From the NCBI RefSeq assembly GCF_006345805.1, contig NC_042998.1, positions 176,638,001 to 176,702,000 on the forward strand: DNA of 64,000 nucleotides, in the 5' to 3' direction. This stretch comes from Octopus sinensis. Lineage: Eukaryota. A model generated the notes under the pieces. The model was not told where the DNA came from and made no database searches. It saw nothing but the letters and a program-made list of their open reading frames with translations. Of this stretch, positions 11,601 through 24,700 are shown in pieces (position 1 is the first letter of the stretch; every line of letters begins with the position of its first letter). A program made the translations under genes and the position numbers.

Positions 11601-12055
11601 CAACCACATTCGATTGCACTTATTCATTGTAGAAGAACCAGAGCTAAATTTTCGCGCTGTAAACGGCCAATAGTGTTTTGCTTTATTTTTCATATCTATT
11701 CATATTTTCCTTTCGTTTTTCTTTAATCTCTCTTTGTATTATTGTTTCGTTCTTCTCGTAGATGAACAATAGCTTCATCAGTCTTTTAGAGATTAAAGAG
11801 AAGTTCGATGTACCCAACAATTGTTCGCTGCATTTCAGAGGTAACGAATGTTAGAGATGTTTACGCACAAGATTCTTAGACGTTTATTATTTCATTGTCC
11901 GATGTTTATATAGCAACCGTAACTTTCGGAAGTTTGTTGCTCATTCTCACAACTGAGCAGTGAAAGGTTCTGTCGAAAGCTTTGATCTTAGCATGCGATA
12001 TTGAATAGTAATCGTTCCAGTTTGGTTCTTGTGCATCCCCCTCCTACATACTCGA

Positions 12056-12439
12056 GGCAATGGCCCAGTGGTTAGGGCAGCGGACTCGCGGTCATAGGAT
12101 TGCGGTTTCGATTCCCAGACCGGGCGTTGTGAGTGTTTATTGAGCGAAAACACCTAAAAGCTCCACGAAGCTCCAGCAGGGGATGGTGGTGATCCCTGCT
12201 GTACTCTTTCACCACAGCTTTCTCTCACTCTTACTTCCTGTTTCTGTTGTACCTGTATTTCAAGGGGCCGGCCTTGTCACTCTCTGTGTCACGCTGAATA
12301 TCTCCGAGAACTACGTTAAGGGTGCACGTGTCTGTGGAGTGCTCAGCCACTTACACGTTAATTTCACGAGCAGGCTGTTCCGTTGATTCGGATCAACCGG
12401 GGGCCTCATCGTCGTAACCGACGGAGTGCTTCTTCATCC
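12056..12439 (+). mobile_element. tRNA-derived SINE family B, full length with TSD
   Basis: tRNA-like head TGGCCCAGTGGTTAGGGCAGCGGACTCGCGGTC...GGTTTCGATTCCC. An 8-bp direct repeat ACTCGAGG flanks it at 12050-12057 and 12440-12447. Confidence 0.85.
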
Positions 12440-12582
12440 ACTCGAGGAACAAGGGTAATTCAGGGATCTAGTAGATTTGTGTCTATTTTTTTTGAGGGCA
12501 TTGTTATTTGAATTACGGAGATGTACTTGCATAGCAAGTGATTTGATCTGAGATCGTGTGCTGAAACGAAAACAATTGCAGC

Positions 12583-12744
12583 GTGGAAGGTGCTTGTAAA
12601 CCATTTAAGAAACACACAAAAGCCGTTCGATTCACTTCAACATTTAAGTTTAATTTGTCAAAATATTTTCGTCGCTTTAAGACCGCGACCTGTGAATCGA
12701 ACGGCTTTTGTGTGTTTCTTTAATGGCTTACAAACACCTTCCAC
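12583..12744. repeat. Inverted repeat, 53-bp arms (50/53 identical), 56-nt spacer
   Basis: 12583-12635 is the reverse complement of 12692-12744 with 3 mismatches (aligned by hand). Confidence 0.9.
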
Positions 12745-12797
12745 ATTGTTATTTGAACAACCTGTCAACAGAGACTGTTATGTCTGCCTCACTGCCT

Positions 12798-12800
12798 GCA

Positions 12801-12864
<64 letters not shown>

Positions 12865-12985
12865 CATCCATCTATCTATCTATCTATCTATATATCTATC
12901 TATATATCTATCTATCTATTTATCTATCTATCTATCTCTCTATCTATCTATCTATCTATCTCTCCATCTATCTATCTATCTATCT
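12798..12985. repeat. (TATC)n microsatellite
   Basis: Directly visible. Confidence 0.95.
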
Positions 12986-13611
12986 TTACTTGTTTTCCCC
13001 TTTACACCATATATCATAACACTGTGATACACGATACCTATTGATCGTTCCTTTTTTTTTTCCTCTTCCCCTTTTTTCCCCTTTTTTCTTTTTTCATTTC
13101 TCTTTTCCTTTGTTCCTTTCCCTTTCTTTTTTTTCTTTTATTCTTTTTATTTTTTATTCTATTTTTTTTCTTTTCTTTTTTTTTATTAAAAAAAAAAAAT
13201 TTTTTTTTGTTCGTTTCTTCCCTTTTACGATCCCTCTTGATCGAAAACCTACGCCACCCCCTTTTTTTCATCCCCCAAAAGAAAAGTTCTACCTTGTAAC
13301 TTGTCCCATCTGTGTGCAGCCCTGTGTGGCCAATAAAGAAACTTATCTATCTATCTATCTATATTCTTTCCTACTTATCTAGTGACATAATCAGAGGAGG
13401 AGTGGTAACGCCCATGACCATCTTTCATGATCTCCGAGATGGATTGAGAGCGAGAAAGAAAGAAATCACGGCTTACACACGATGTAGCACAATCGTCTTG
13501 ACATTGGAGATTTGGTCAGATGTTTACAACACAGTAGAAAATACTAAATGCACCCAAGGGTCAGGTAATGGTAACAGACGAAATCAAATTATGTCTACCA
13601 CCATCAGGTAG

Positions 13612-13760
13612 CTTTCCATACGATTTCTATCAACCCAATTCCTTCGACAAGGTTTGAGTCAGGTATAAAATATGGTTGGAGACATCTGCCTAAAATGCTG
13701 CGCGATGGGATCGAACCCGAAGCCAAGTATTCACGAAGAAAACTTCTTAACAACAGTCAT
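13612..13760 (-). mobile_element. Decayed SINE family C head
   Basis: Diverged homolog of 56640-56798, with a reverse B box (GGGATCGAACCC) and CTACC..ATTC..ACAAGG. Confidence 0.5.
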
Positions 13761-14838
13761 TCTTATGTCTATAGACTTCGTTTGCTCTAATGTCGTTCGT
13801 CTTCCTCCGTGTCTCTGTCTAACTTACTCAGTTTCTGTCCATCTTTCTATCCCTTTCTCTTCTCTCACTCACTCTACATCTCACATGTAATATTTGACTG
13901 TCGACTGAACCTTAGTTCGCTCTTGATGTGTGTTTGTGTGTGTGTGTGTGTGTTGTGTAAAAAGACATATAAACACAAGTAGACTTAATGATCATATTTA
14001 AATGTAATCCAAATAAACAGAAGGAATGATTTAATAGTCTCGTCATAACAGCTGTTTCGGGTGAAACATGACTTATGTCATGACCACATCTATTGGAATA
14101 CAAACACACGTCATATTGCAAGTGTATGGAATAATACGATTTTTGATAGATCCGTGACGTAAAATCATATTATCCTCATCAGATTAGCCAGAAACAGGTA
14201 TTGTTTTATTGCTACTAGAGTTGCATTTACCCTTTGAACCTGGCTGGTCTCGAGCTATAGTCACTATACGCACTTGTCTCTCTTCTCATTATCATAGTGG
14301 GGTGAAAAAATATTCAGGGCGATAAGAGAAGGTCACTTGGGTAAGAAATGACCATGCTTCTTTTCTCTTTTAAGAATGCTTGTTGTTCTTGTTCTTGTTT
14401 CAACCATAGCTGCCTTTGTGTTGTTGCTTACTTTCTGAAACAGTATGGGGAGAGGGTTGCTAGCACATCACCCTCTACCCGCATTTTCCCCATCAACATC
14501 TTTATCATATGGGGCCCTAACAAAATCCGATAATAGATGCAAATCTATCTAATTACTTGTCCCCTTCTAAAATCAGGCATAACTTGGTGATCGGTCGATT
14601 TACAACGCCTTTCTTCTTCTTGAGTTTACTTGGTAGAGTGTATTTGTTAACTTGACAACAAGGTCAAGGTGAGCTCTGAATGGCTGTATGCAAATGAGTT
14701 CATTACTGAGGTCCGGAACTCACGTGGGGAAAAAATTTCTCGGCCAGGCCTATAGCAGAAGATACTTACCCAAGGAACTGCGGGATGAGACTGTATCCAA
14801 GATCACACGTGGTTGATATACGTACGTGTACATATATC

Positions 14839-14869
<31 letters not shown>

Positions 14870-15579
14870 TGTATGTCAAAGGGCAGAAGAGCTCATGAGC
14901 AGTCAACGGCCATCCGACAATGTGTGTACATGTGCATGTATGCATTATGTATGTATGTATGTGTGTATGCATGTATGTATGTATGCGCGGGGACGTGGAA
15001 ATACCTGGATTTGTGTCCAGGCCCGTGGTTGGCCCACCGAGAGTATTGCGATGGTAAAACTCGAACACGTGTTTGCATGCATCTATTTGTCTATCAAGCT
15101 ATCCATCATTCAAAGAACGGCTTTCTTTTTCAGGACATATATAATGCTTCAGATGCGCAAAACATTTAAATTCTCTACAAAATTCTAGTTGGACGCCGAG
15201 TGGAATAATGTATCCACGTTTATGGAATATCGTGAATGTGATATAGCAGGAGAAATCCTTAGTGATTATTGACCGCAGCATTTGTTGTGACTTAGGAGAT
15301 TTTATTGCACTTTGTCCATCACTGGGGAGTACAACATTATTATCATGTTGTGTGACTTTTCTATAGTGACTTCCTCAACGGAATAGCGTTAGCAAACTCT
15401 TGAGAAATTATCTATTCTAAAATTGATAACTTCATTGTTCTATAGCCCTAAATATGTATGCTCTTTTATAGATTTTTTTAATATATATATATATAATTTT
15501 ATAGTTTATATCATACGAATTTAGAAATGCCGAAAGGCGTGTAATAATCTTTTCTGACGGTAGAACATGAAGTAAATAA

Positions 15580-15983
15580 GGCGGTGAGCTGGCAGAAACG
15601 TTACCACGTTGGGCGATATGCTTAGCGGTATTTCGTCTGAGGTTACGTTCTGAGTTCAAATTTCGCCGACATCGACTTTGCTTTTCATCCTTTCGGGGTC
15701 GATTAAATAAGTAGCAGTTACGCACTGGGGAAGATATAATCGACTAAATCCGTTTGTCTGTCCCTTCCGTGTTTAGCCCCTTGTGGGCAGTAAAGAAATA
15801 GATATTTCGTCTGTCTTTATGTTCTGATTTCAAATTCTGCCGAGGTCGACTTTGCCTCTCCTCCTTTCGGGATCGATAAATAAGTACCAGTTACGCTCTG
15901 GGGTCGATGTAATCGACTTAATCCCTTTGTCTGTCCTTGTTTGTCCCCTCTGTGTTTAGCCCCTTGTGGGTAGTAAAGAAATA
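15580..15983 (+). mobile_element. SINE family A, dimeric copy
   Basis: Head GGCGGTGAGCTGGCAGAAACG. The second unit starts at about 15803, and both units end in CCCCTTGTGGG.AGTAAAGAAATA. Confidence 0.85.
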
Positions 15984-16059
15984 TGAACACGTAGTAAATA
16001 AAGCTATAAAGGATATGGTGTAAATGTTGCATTAAAAAAACCCTCGAGGGTGGAAAAAA

Positions 16060-16135
16060 AAGTTGAAGATATCCGTAGGACTCGAACCTACATTTTCTAT
16101 AAACACGATGGACGTTCTGTTATTGTACCAAAGCA
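16060..16135 (-). pseudogene. tRNA-like relic (T-arm/B box only), probably a SINE head
   Basis: Minus strand GTAGG-TTCGAGT-CCTAC forms a T-arm followed by an oligo-T run, but no acceptor stem can be paired. Confidence 0.3.
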
Positions 16136-16789
16136 ATTCTTCGAAATTCTATATCCAGTTTAGAAGCTTTGTTCTTACCAGTTAGAATAGTATGTTATGT
16201 CATTAGAATTTAGAGACTCCCAGATATGAAATAACTCGATTTCAACGGTGGGACTGGAAGTAGTTAAAGCTATAAATAACAGCTTGTAAATATTAGAGAA
16301 ATTCAAAGGATTGCTTCGATACAATAGTAGAAATATTAGGTTAGAAAACCACCCAAGATGGTGTTCTGACTCGTTATTTATTTATAGCTTTATCTACTTC
16401 GAGTACTGTCAAAAACGATTTAGATACATTTATAAATTTTAGGGAATAAAAGTACGCTTCTTTGTATACCAACTATTATACGTTGATACATACATAAACT
16501 CCGTCAGTCAAGGCTTACCATGCATCGTGCACATGTTTGTGTAAGCCTAAGCAAGGTTCTTTTTTTCGGGAAACACACAACTGTCCAAGCATACAAATCT
16601 CTCATGTCTATGCAACCGATGTTTATCCAAGTGAAAGGCCGCCAACTTGAACCCCGATATACCTTAATACTATTTTCATCGTATATGTTGTTTCTATGAG
16701 AAAACTGGGCTGAAACAAATCCAAGCTATCTTGCCCAACCTTCTAAATAGCAACACCAATCCACCGACCTCGATTTTTAACTATTACTT

Positions 16790-17000
16790 GTTTCATTCAT
16801 TGGACAGCAGCTACGCTGGGTCACCGTTTTGAAGGTTTTAGTCGAGCGATTCAACATCAGTACCTACTTTTTAATGTCTTGTACTTATTCAATCGGCCTC
16901 TATTGCCAAACTGCTAAGTTACGGGGACGTAAACAAACCAACACCGATAGTCAAACAGAGGGGAAGGGTACAAACACAAACATGCACACACCTGTGTATG
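16790..17000 (-). mobile_element. SINE family C 3' portion
   Basis: Homologous to 56413-56610 (CTGGGTCACCG..TTTAGTCGAGC..GTACTTATTC..CTAAGTTACGGGGACGTAAAC). Confidence 0.6.
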
Positions 17001-17047
17001 TGTGTGTGTTCATACATACAAACAAACCAAACATGGGCATATTTTTT

Positions 17048-17463
17048 GGATCTTTTCGGTTTGAACGGCAGTTTTTAACATAATTTCTAGGTAACTAAAA
17101 AATTTTAAACTTTGTATACTGGTAGAATGTGTTTATAAAACAACTTTTTCTCTTGGCTTTATTGAGAAAATTCTATAGTTTGTAAGATATTTGTTTTTTT
17201 CTTCAATTTCTGCAATTTCAACCAATCACTGACGTATTCGAGGTAAACAACATTCTGTACCGTATGAATATGTCCCTCGTTTAAGAAACAGATTAGGTTT
17301 ATTTACATTTGTGAAGAAAAAAAAGATACCCTTCCCCCCATCCTAACTAATCCTAACCCTAAAATAGATTGAAATGCAATAGATCGATACTAGGGTCAAA
17401 ATTATGGGTGACAATTTCATATGACACCGCTAGAAAAAAATGCCGTTCAAACCGAAAAGACCC
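17048..17463. mobile_element. MITE with 23-bp TIRs and 8-bp TSD
   Basis: TIR GGATCTTTTCGGTTTGAACGGCA (17048-17070) vs TGCCGTTCAAACCGAAAAGACCC (17441-17463), 22/23. TSD TATTTTTT at 17040-17047 and 17464-17471. Confidence 0.85.
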
Positions 17464-17718
17464 TATTTTTTTGAGAAGTGGGGCGCATGAAACATTATCA
17501 CAAGTCGGGTTGCATGATACACGGCTTATCACCAGGCGAACGCATTACTAAAAGTAGTGAAGGTCATTTTTCGTTTGGTGTGTCACTCAAAAACTCACGC
17601 GGGTTACAGCTCTACCCCTATCTGATATATTCTATGAAAATAGAGCAGGACATCTTGCACTCCAACCATTTGGAAAATAAACAACAAACATGCGTGTTCC
17701 ACTTTTGTAGAGATTCAT

Positions 17719-17724
17719 TTTAAT
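17719..17724 (-). terminator. Candidate poly(A) signal (ATTAAA) of a minus-strand transcript
   Basis: ATTAAA followed about 25 nt downstream by GU/U-rich ATGTTTGTTGTTTATTTT. The upstream about 500 nt is U-rich on the minus strand. Confidence 0.3.
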
Positions 17725-18639
17725 CGCCTTTGTATTTTTCAAATATAATATATCAACAATAACGTCTTACAGTGGTTACATGATGGAAGATTCAAACTTA
17801 AAAAAATGTCAAATATAATATATATGTTTTTAAAAATTGAAACAATTGCAAAACAAACAACACTCAATATGTATATATTTATCATGGTAAAAAAAATATA
17901 TTACAAAAAACGCTTTTTTATATAATAAAAAAGAAAGCTACACTGTTGAACTCGCTCTCTTTCAATCAATTATTTGACTTCAATTGCAAACCTTTTAAGT
18001 CTAAAGCGTGCAGGTTCTAAATAAAAAAAAAACATTTCTAACACGAATATATAAAAAAAAAGGGACCAGTACAAAAAGAAAAAAAACAGTAAAAATTAGA
18101 TAAAATTACAAAATAAAGATTAACAGTAATAAATAAATAATAAAATTATAGTAGTATATTATAATAATTAAAATTCTTGACATCCTCCTTCGTACAATTT
18201 TCGAGGAGTGTGGGGCGATAAAGAAGTGTGGTTGGTTGTACGTTAACGGCTGGGGGACGGGAATATCAGAAGACGCTACAAGAACGGTATGAATATGGAG
18301 AAATGTCTAGAAGAGGAATGAACAAGCGACAACATGCGGCAGATAAATTCAGTGGTGGCGTACTTAATAGAGCAGAGTAAGAGAGACAGTGTGTGTTGGT
18401 GCAAAAGTCTAATAGCTGTCTGGGTGCTGAGATATTAGGAGAGATGCCAGTAGATGTAATCTTTTTTTTTTTTTTATGCATGAAAAAACCTCTTACCGGC
18501 AAGTTCACGAAAATGGTTAATAGTATACAATATGTACGCTTATGAGTTAACACACGCATCGTGCAAACGGGTGTGCGCATGAGTATATGAATAGTCTTCC
18601 CCCCAGGCTTTCAAACATACGTACACATATATTATACAC

Positions 18640-18868
18640 ACACATATATATATGGGTAGTTTTGCTATGGATATGTGTGTTTGTGTGACTATGTATATAT
18701 ATATATATATACACACATATATATATATATACACATACACATATATATATACACATATACACATACACATATATATATATACACATATATATATATATAC
18801 ACATATATATATATACACATATATATATATATACACATACACATATATATATATATATATACACACAC

Positions 18869-18901
<33 letters not shown>

Positions 18902-19219
18902 CACATATATATATACATACACATATATATATATACACATATATATATACACACATATATATATACACATATATATATACACATATATATATATACACCA
19001 CATATATATATATATATATATACACCACATATATATATATATACACACATATATATATATATATATACACACATATATATATATATATACACATATATAT
19101 ATATATGGGTAGTTTTGCTATGGATATGTGTTTGTGTGACTATATATATATACACACACACATGGATAAGTAGATATACTCACACAGATGCACACACACA
19201 CATATACTCACAGAAACAC

Positions 19220-19250
<31 letters not shown>

Positions 19251-19457
19251 CACACATATATATATATACACCACATATATATATATATATATACACACAT
19301 ATATATATATATTACACATATATATATATATGGGTAGTTTTGCTATGGATATGTGTTTGTGTGACTATATATATATACACACACATATATATACACACAC
19401 ACATGGATAAGTAGATATACTCACACAGATGCACACACACACATATACTCACAGAAA

Positions 19458-19500
<43 letters not shown>
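18640..19500. repeat. (TA)/(CA) microsatellite array with higher-order duplicated cores
   Basis: Core ATGGGTAGTTTTGCTATGGATATG..GTGACTAT at 18652, 19105 and 19330. Confidence 0.9.
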
Positions 19501-19503
<3 letters not shown>

Positions 19504-21659
19504 GTACGTAAGTTATATACGTTGATTAAAAGAAAAATTAATGACAGCTAACGAAGCCAAAATGTATTTTACAACACTCAATGATATCACAAACCTTGAA
19601 CAAAATGACGACTGTCATGTTGTTGTATAGCAAGAAACAGAGACGCTTCAAAACACATTGTTGCTTTACAACCCCAGAATCTAGGTGGACTGATTGATAT
19701 AATAAGGTAGATAATTACGCGTATTGTCATTTACAATGTTCTCTTTACTAAATGCATACACAGGTAACTGGATTTACGTACTCGTATTGAAGTATGAAAA
19801 TAGATAGAAATTTTGAGTCGGTTGTTAATTCGTGGAAAATACAGACAAATGGATTCCTTATTGATAGCTTCTCTTTTCTTTTTTTCTTTTTTTAATATAT
19901 TTTTGTATCTGGTTCAACAATGGGATTCAAGCTCTGAGAATATCAATCGTAATATACGAAGCTGTAACAAATTTGGAGAACTTCGTTTGTAGACATAAAA
20001 TGGAAAAAAAAAAATAATAATAAATAAAAATCAACGGACTAAACAAACATGGACGTTTATTTCTATGGTTGGGGGCTTTCTTCTTTCATTTATAAGACCG
20101 TAGAAATAAACATACATTTTGGTTTGTTTTGTTTTAGGTAGTTTTTGTTTTTTAGTGAAATTCTAAATTTGGAAAAGGAAAACAAGTGCGAGTATATTGG
20201 TTCCTGATAAAATCCCAATTTTATTGGCATCAAAGGTAAATAGGCAGCTTTTTGGTAGCAATAATTTGAGCTAATTGTTAATAGGGTGAACATTTCACGA
20301 CGAGATATTTAGTTCAAGACCTGAGATCTTTCGAACATATCAAAGCTTCAGAATTTACCCACAAACATAGTTGTTTTAGTACCCAGGTAAAGATATAGGG
20401 TGTGTAAAATGTAATGTAAGAACAGTTGCTCCACTTCTAAACCCATTGGCGAACGACGCAAAGTGATGATATGACGGCAGACAGTCTGGGGGCTCTGAAC
20501 TATTCAAACATTACAAAAGGTTTTTTTTGTTCTTTTTTTTTAAATAAGGAACAGGTCGTCACGGCACGGCTCTGAAACCCTCATCAAATTTTCAAATGCT
20601 TCAGTAAAATTCTACACAACTTGAAGTAAGCAAACAAACCGAGAAAAGTAAGTAAAAATAATAAAATAAAACTTGGGATAAAAACTTTTGCTTCAATGAT
20701 TTAGTGGCTCTGTAAATTAAATTCAGAATCTATGCAGTAACGTTCCTACAACACTGTAATTCTGTATTTGGTATATTTGATTATAACCTCTTGGACGAGG
20801 TAATGTAAACCTAATAGGCGGACGGGATAAGCAACACGAAGAGAATGATAAAACATTTAGTAAAATCATATATTGAGATCTATCTCAGTATCAATACTTA
20901 GTAAGACTCGGCAAGGGACAATTATTATAATAATTACTATATTTACTATACACACTAACACGAGGAACATACACATTTTATCTAACATATACATATCTAA
21001 ATACAAATGACATATAAGGTGTGATATTTTACAAAGCTAATATCATTAAGTAGAAGCTTTTGCTAAGATGGATCTGCGAACCAATTTTTCATTGTTAAAA
21101 AATCTGCTTGCCATTGTACGTTTCTTTTCCTCATTTTTTTTCTAAATATTTGATCAAAAGCTCATAAAACGTTTGCTTCTGTCTCTTTTACGGTTCATGA
21201 AGTTGAAAGTCTCTCGTCTTTTCTGACAACACAACGATTACATTTTGAAGCTTTTTAAAAAAACAACCTGAAGATTTTATAATAAAAGAAAGACGGAAGC
21301 TATAGTGTCCACAGCTTTATGTAAATGAACACATAGTTCTAACTGTAAATTGAAACCACACCTACTTTCTTACGGCTTTGCCTTCATAGGCATAAAAGAA
21401 AAGTATTAATTATACAACCTTTTTACACTGAGAAAATGAATGTTTAATATTTGATCTGAGTACAGATTTTCTATTTGCAGTGTACAGAGATAAACTGGGC
21501 GATATATGTTCCTTCCAAGGACATTAACAATGTAAGTGAAATGTAACTTAGAATCGAAACCGGTACAGATATGGCTTACTAAAAATTGCAATACAAATAT
21601 CAGAAATCTCTGGGAGAAAAACCTGCAGTACTTGCTGCATAAGTTTTCATGTCGGCCTT

Positions 21660-21795
21660 TTAGTGTGGTTGTTTGATCTCCTCAGCAGGAGAGAAGTGGG
21701 CTTCAGTTGTTAAAAATAATCTTTCTGGTGATGTTGCGAGAGGGTGGTGCAGATACCTGGGACTGCCGGTCAGCTCTCTCTCGACTTTCTTACCA
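21660..21795 (-). CDS. Weak candidate terminal coding exon, product unknown
   Basis: GC-richer island. Frame A reads GKKVERELTGSPRYLHHPLATSPERLFLTTEAHFSPAEEIKQPH* (stop 21660-21662) and frame B reads SRERADRQSQVSAPPSRNITRKIIFNN* (stop 21703-21705). The acceptors lack a good pyrimidine tract and I recognise no homology. Confidence 0.2.
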
Positions 21796-24700
21796 CTATA
21801 TGTGTGTGTATGTGTAGATATGTATGCGTGCATAGGTATGGGTATGTATGTATATGTGTATAGGTATGTATATATATATATATATATAACCAGGTGGTGC
21901 TATAAAGTTAGACATGGCCTGGGCCAATAATGGCCGAAACCTATCAAAGTATCAAAGTATATATATATATATACACAGACACACCAGCACACATACAACT
22001 AGGCAAAATAGCAAATCCATTATTGAGAAGACTACGACACGCCATATTTTACATTATTTGTATAGTGAAATCTAGCGGCTCGATTCCGCTTTTATTAAAT
22101 GTCCGTATTTTATCGACTGCGGATTGTCGGAACGTAAATTTGGTTGTTGGACTTCAGAACAACGAGGCGCCAGATAATATTTTAAAAATATTTAGTATGA
22201 TATACAACTTTTTACACGCTACCTCCTGACATATATTTTCAGAAAAACGATGAAAAGTTACACAATGTATTCAATGATATTCAAGTTAATATCAATATAG
22301 CTAAGTATTTAAAAAAATTTGGGAACTGAAGATAATTTCTTCATGTACAAGACACATTTCAAAGAAGTTTAAAATGAAATTAAATGAGTAAAAATGTTTT
22401 GGACGTTTAATGAAATAAAACTGTCACCGTCCACGAGGAAATTGAGTGCAAATGATTTGAAAAGTAATTAAACAGAGAGCATTTCCGCTTTAATTCATCA
22501 CGTTATTTCGCAAGAGGGAACACGTCTTACTTTGCTGTATAAGCAACATCATAGGTAGGACTTCCCATATGTATTTAAATTAATCCTAGCTCCTCTCCAC
22601 AAGTATGCATAAATACAATTCATACACAAACGAAGATATATATATATAATTATAAACAGAAGTTCACAATTTCTTCATTTACGCACAAATTAGATATCAA
22701 GGAAATGATGCCGATTATTTCGGTAAACACGATGAAGTAACTGCGTTGCTAAACGGTTGAGTCGCTAATATATAATAATATATCAATGGAACCACATAGA
22801 ACTAAGTCGGTAGCTCGGAAGATTTACTGGACAAACAATCGAGAGGTTACTAGTGATAGTTCATATCTGGCGAAGGAGATCATCGCACTAAATAACATTG
22901 GACAATACTTCAAATAAGCATGAGTAGCATATAAAACATAACGAGAATTTTTAAGATTCCAGAGCTGCGTTCGCTTTGCCTTGGAGTTATTGTATAAATG
23001 GCGCTCCGTTCCACTGCGAGCTTCACCTATATACTGATATATTATATCGAGGCAGCGAGGAAAAAGCTTGTCTCACCTATATACCCACATATATCGAGGC
23101 AGAGGAAAAAGGATAGAGAGGTTTTCTGAAATAATCCTATTTTGTTCTATGTTTTTAATTGCGCACACAATACCAGGTTTTGTAAAGAGAATAGAATGTA
23201 TAATCGATTCAATCAACTCGGTAAATATTAGCTCTCGTTTTATCGATCCTATGCTGGACCAATAAAGAACAGCAGGTTAAGATAATTCCTGGTGGGATTT
23301 ACACAAATGACAAGAAACCGAAACTAGGTCAATGGATCTGTTACCTCCACTATCATTATTTTCAGTAGAAATAGTCGAAGAAACGGAATGGGATGAACTT
23401 ATGAAATATGCGTTTGTGTGCGATAGAGAGAGAGAGGGAGATTCGACTAGGATGAAATATAGTTCGCTGGATAAACAGAATATGGAGGAATGTATTTTGG
23501 GGACAATAAATATAATTATAAATTATGCAGATAAAATTAACGTTGTTGAGAAAGGAATGTGATTTGAAACGTAAGTGGAATTTAATGAAAGAAAATAGAT
23601 AATTACTATAAAAGAAATTTACGGCACTCCCATGAAATAAAAAACATTTTTTTTTTAATAAAAAAAAATCAATTGACAATTAAGATTCCAACACGCGAAA
23701 GACTGTGCTGTGACCGACATCTTATTACTATAGTAAAATATGTCAATGTGTTTGTTAGATGATAAAAAAAAAAAAAAAGTCAATGAAATTTCATTTCTAC
23801 GAAAAAGGTTTGTAAACATCAACATTTCATAAACACCGGATAAAATTTTATTGCAGCAATCTCATTATTCGGCACTATTTTCCTTATAATCAATGTCAGC
23901 TTGAAAGGTGCTGAAGGGAAGTTTTGTTTGGCATAGTCAACGATGTGGTAAATATTTATTTACTAAATGCGATACGTTGAACACACGTACAAATATTTAC
24001 TTTAATGGCGTTTCAAAGGTTGTGTCATCATTTTAATAAAAGATGGTGGACGTAAGTAGCGATTTTAAAGTAATTCTTATTATTGCTAAACGACAGAAAG
24101 CATAAAAATACTTTGATATATATACATATATATTGTATGTAATTAGAGGCTTTGGTCAGTTTAAAGAGTTTACGCTATCTTAGAGCCTCTTAGCTGTGGA
24201 TTAGGTTTTTCCATTTTGATTATCAAATCGATTCATAATCATATTCTAAACGTTCGTAACCTATGTAAACCAACGCTTCATCAACGAATATATTTAGCAA
24301 TAAACTGACCTCGGTCTTTAGCTAAATAATCATGAAACCGTATTTAAAGAACTTATAACAATGCTCAGCTGTTTAATGATTACCACACATACACAATGGA
24401 ACGAGTGGATTTCATTAAAACCAAAAACATGATAGGTTTCGTAAAATTTGAACGAGATGAGTTTCAAAGAAAGTTTCTGGATTGTATACTTAACTATGCA
24501 ACATTGACTGACTAACAAGAATCATTAAATTTAATAAGAACACACATTTCAGGCAAATTCACACACTTGAAGTGAGAGACTGTAGCATTTGAACTAAAAC
24601 GAACACTGTTCTTACTTGCAAATTTTTAAACATGCCTCCAAAGCGGTTTCATAAAATACTGGCTTTTCTCTTTTGTTTTCAAGCGTTAAAGGTGCAATTT

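Noticed and set aside
15303-15323. TATTGCACTTTGTCC resembles miR-92
   Set aside because: Identity is limited to the 5' part, and the upstream sequence does not pair into a pre-miRNA hairpin.
17342-17362. Telomere-like CCTAAC/CCCTAA words
   Set aside because: Only about 3 imperfect units, internal to the MITE; not an interstitial telomere.
17478-17723. 81-aa plus-strand ORF
   Set aside because: No motif and no supporting splice or expression cues; expected by chance.
18200-18400. Frame ...YEYGEMSRRGMNKRQ... with dibasic sites, neuropeptide-like
   Set aside because: Short, no signal peptide or start, and no repeated peptide motif.
23332-23562. 76-aa ORF (MDLLPPLSLF...)
   Set aside because: Includes a (GA)n run and no recognisable domain.
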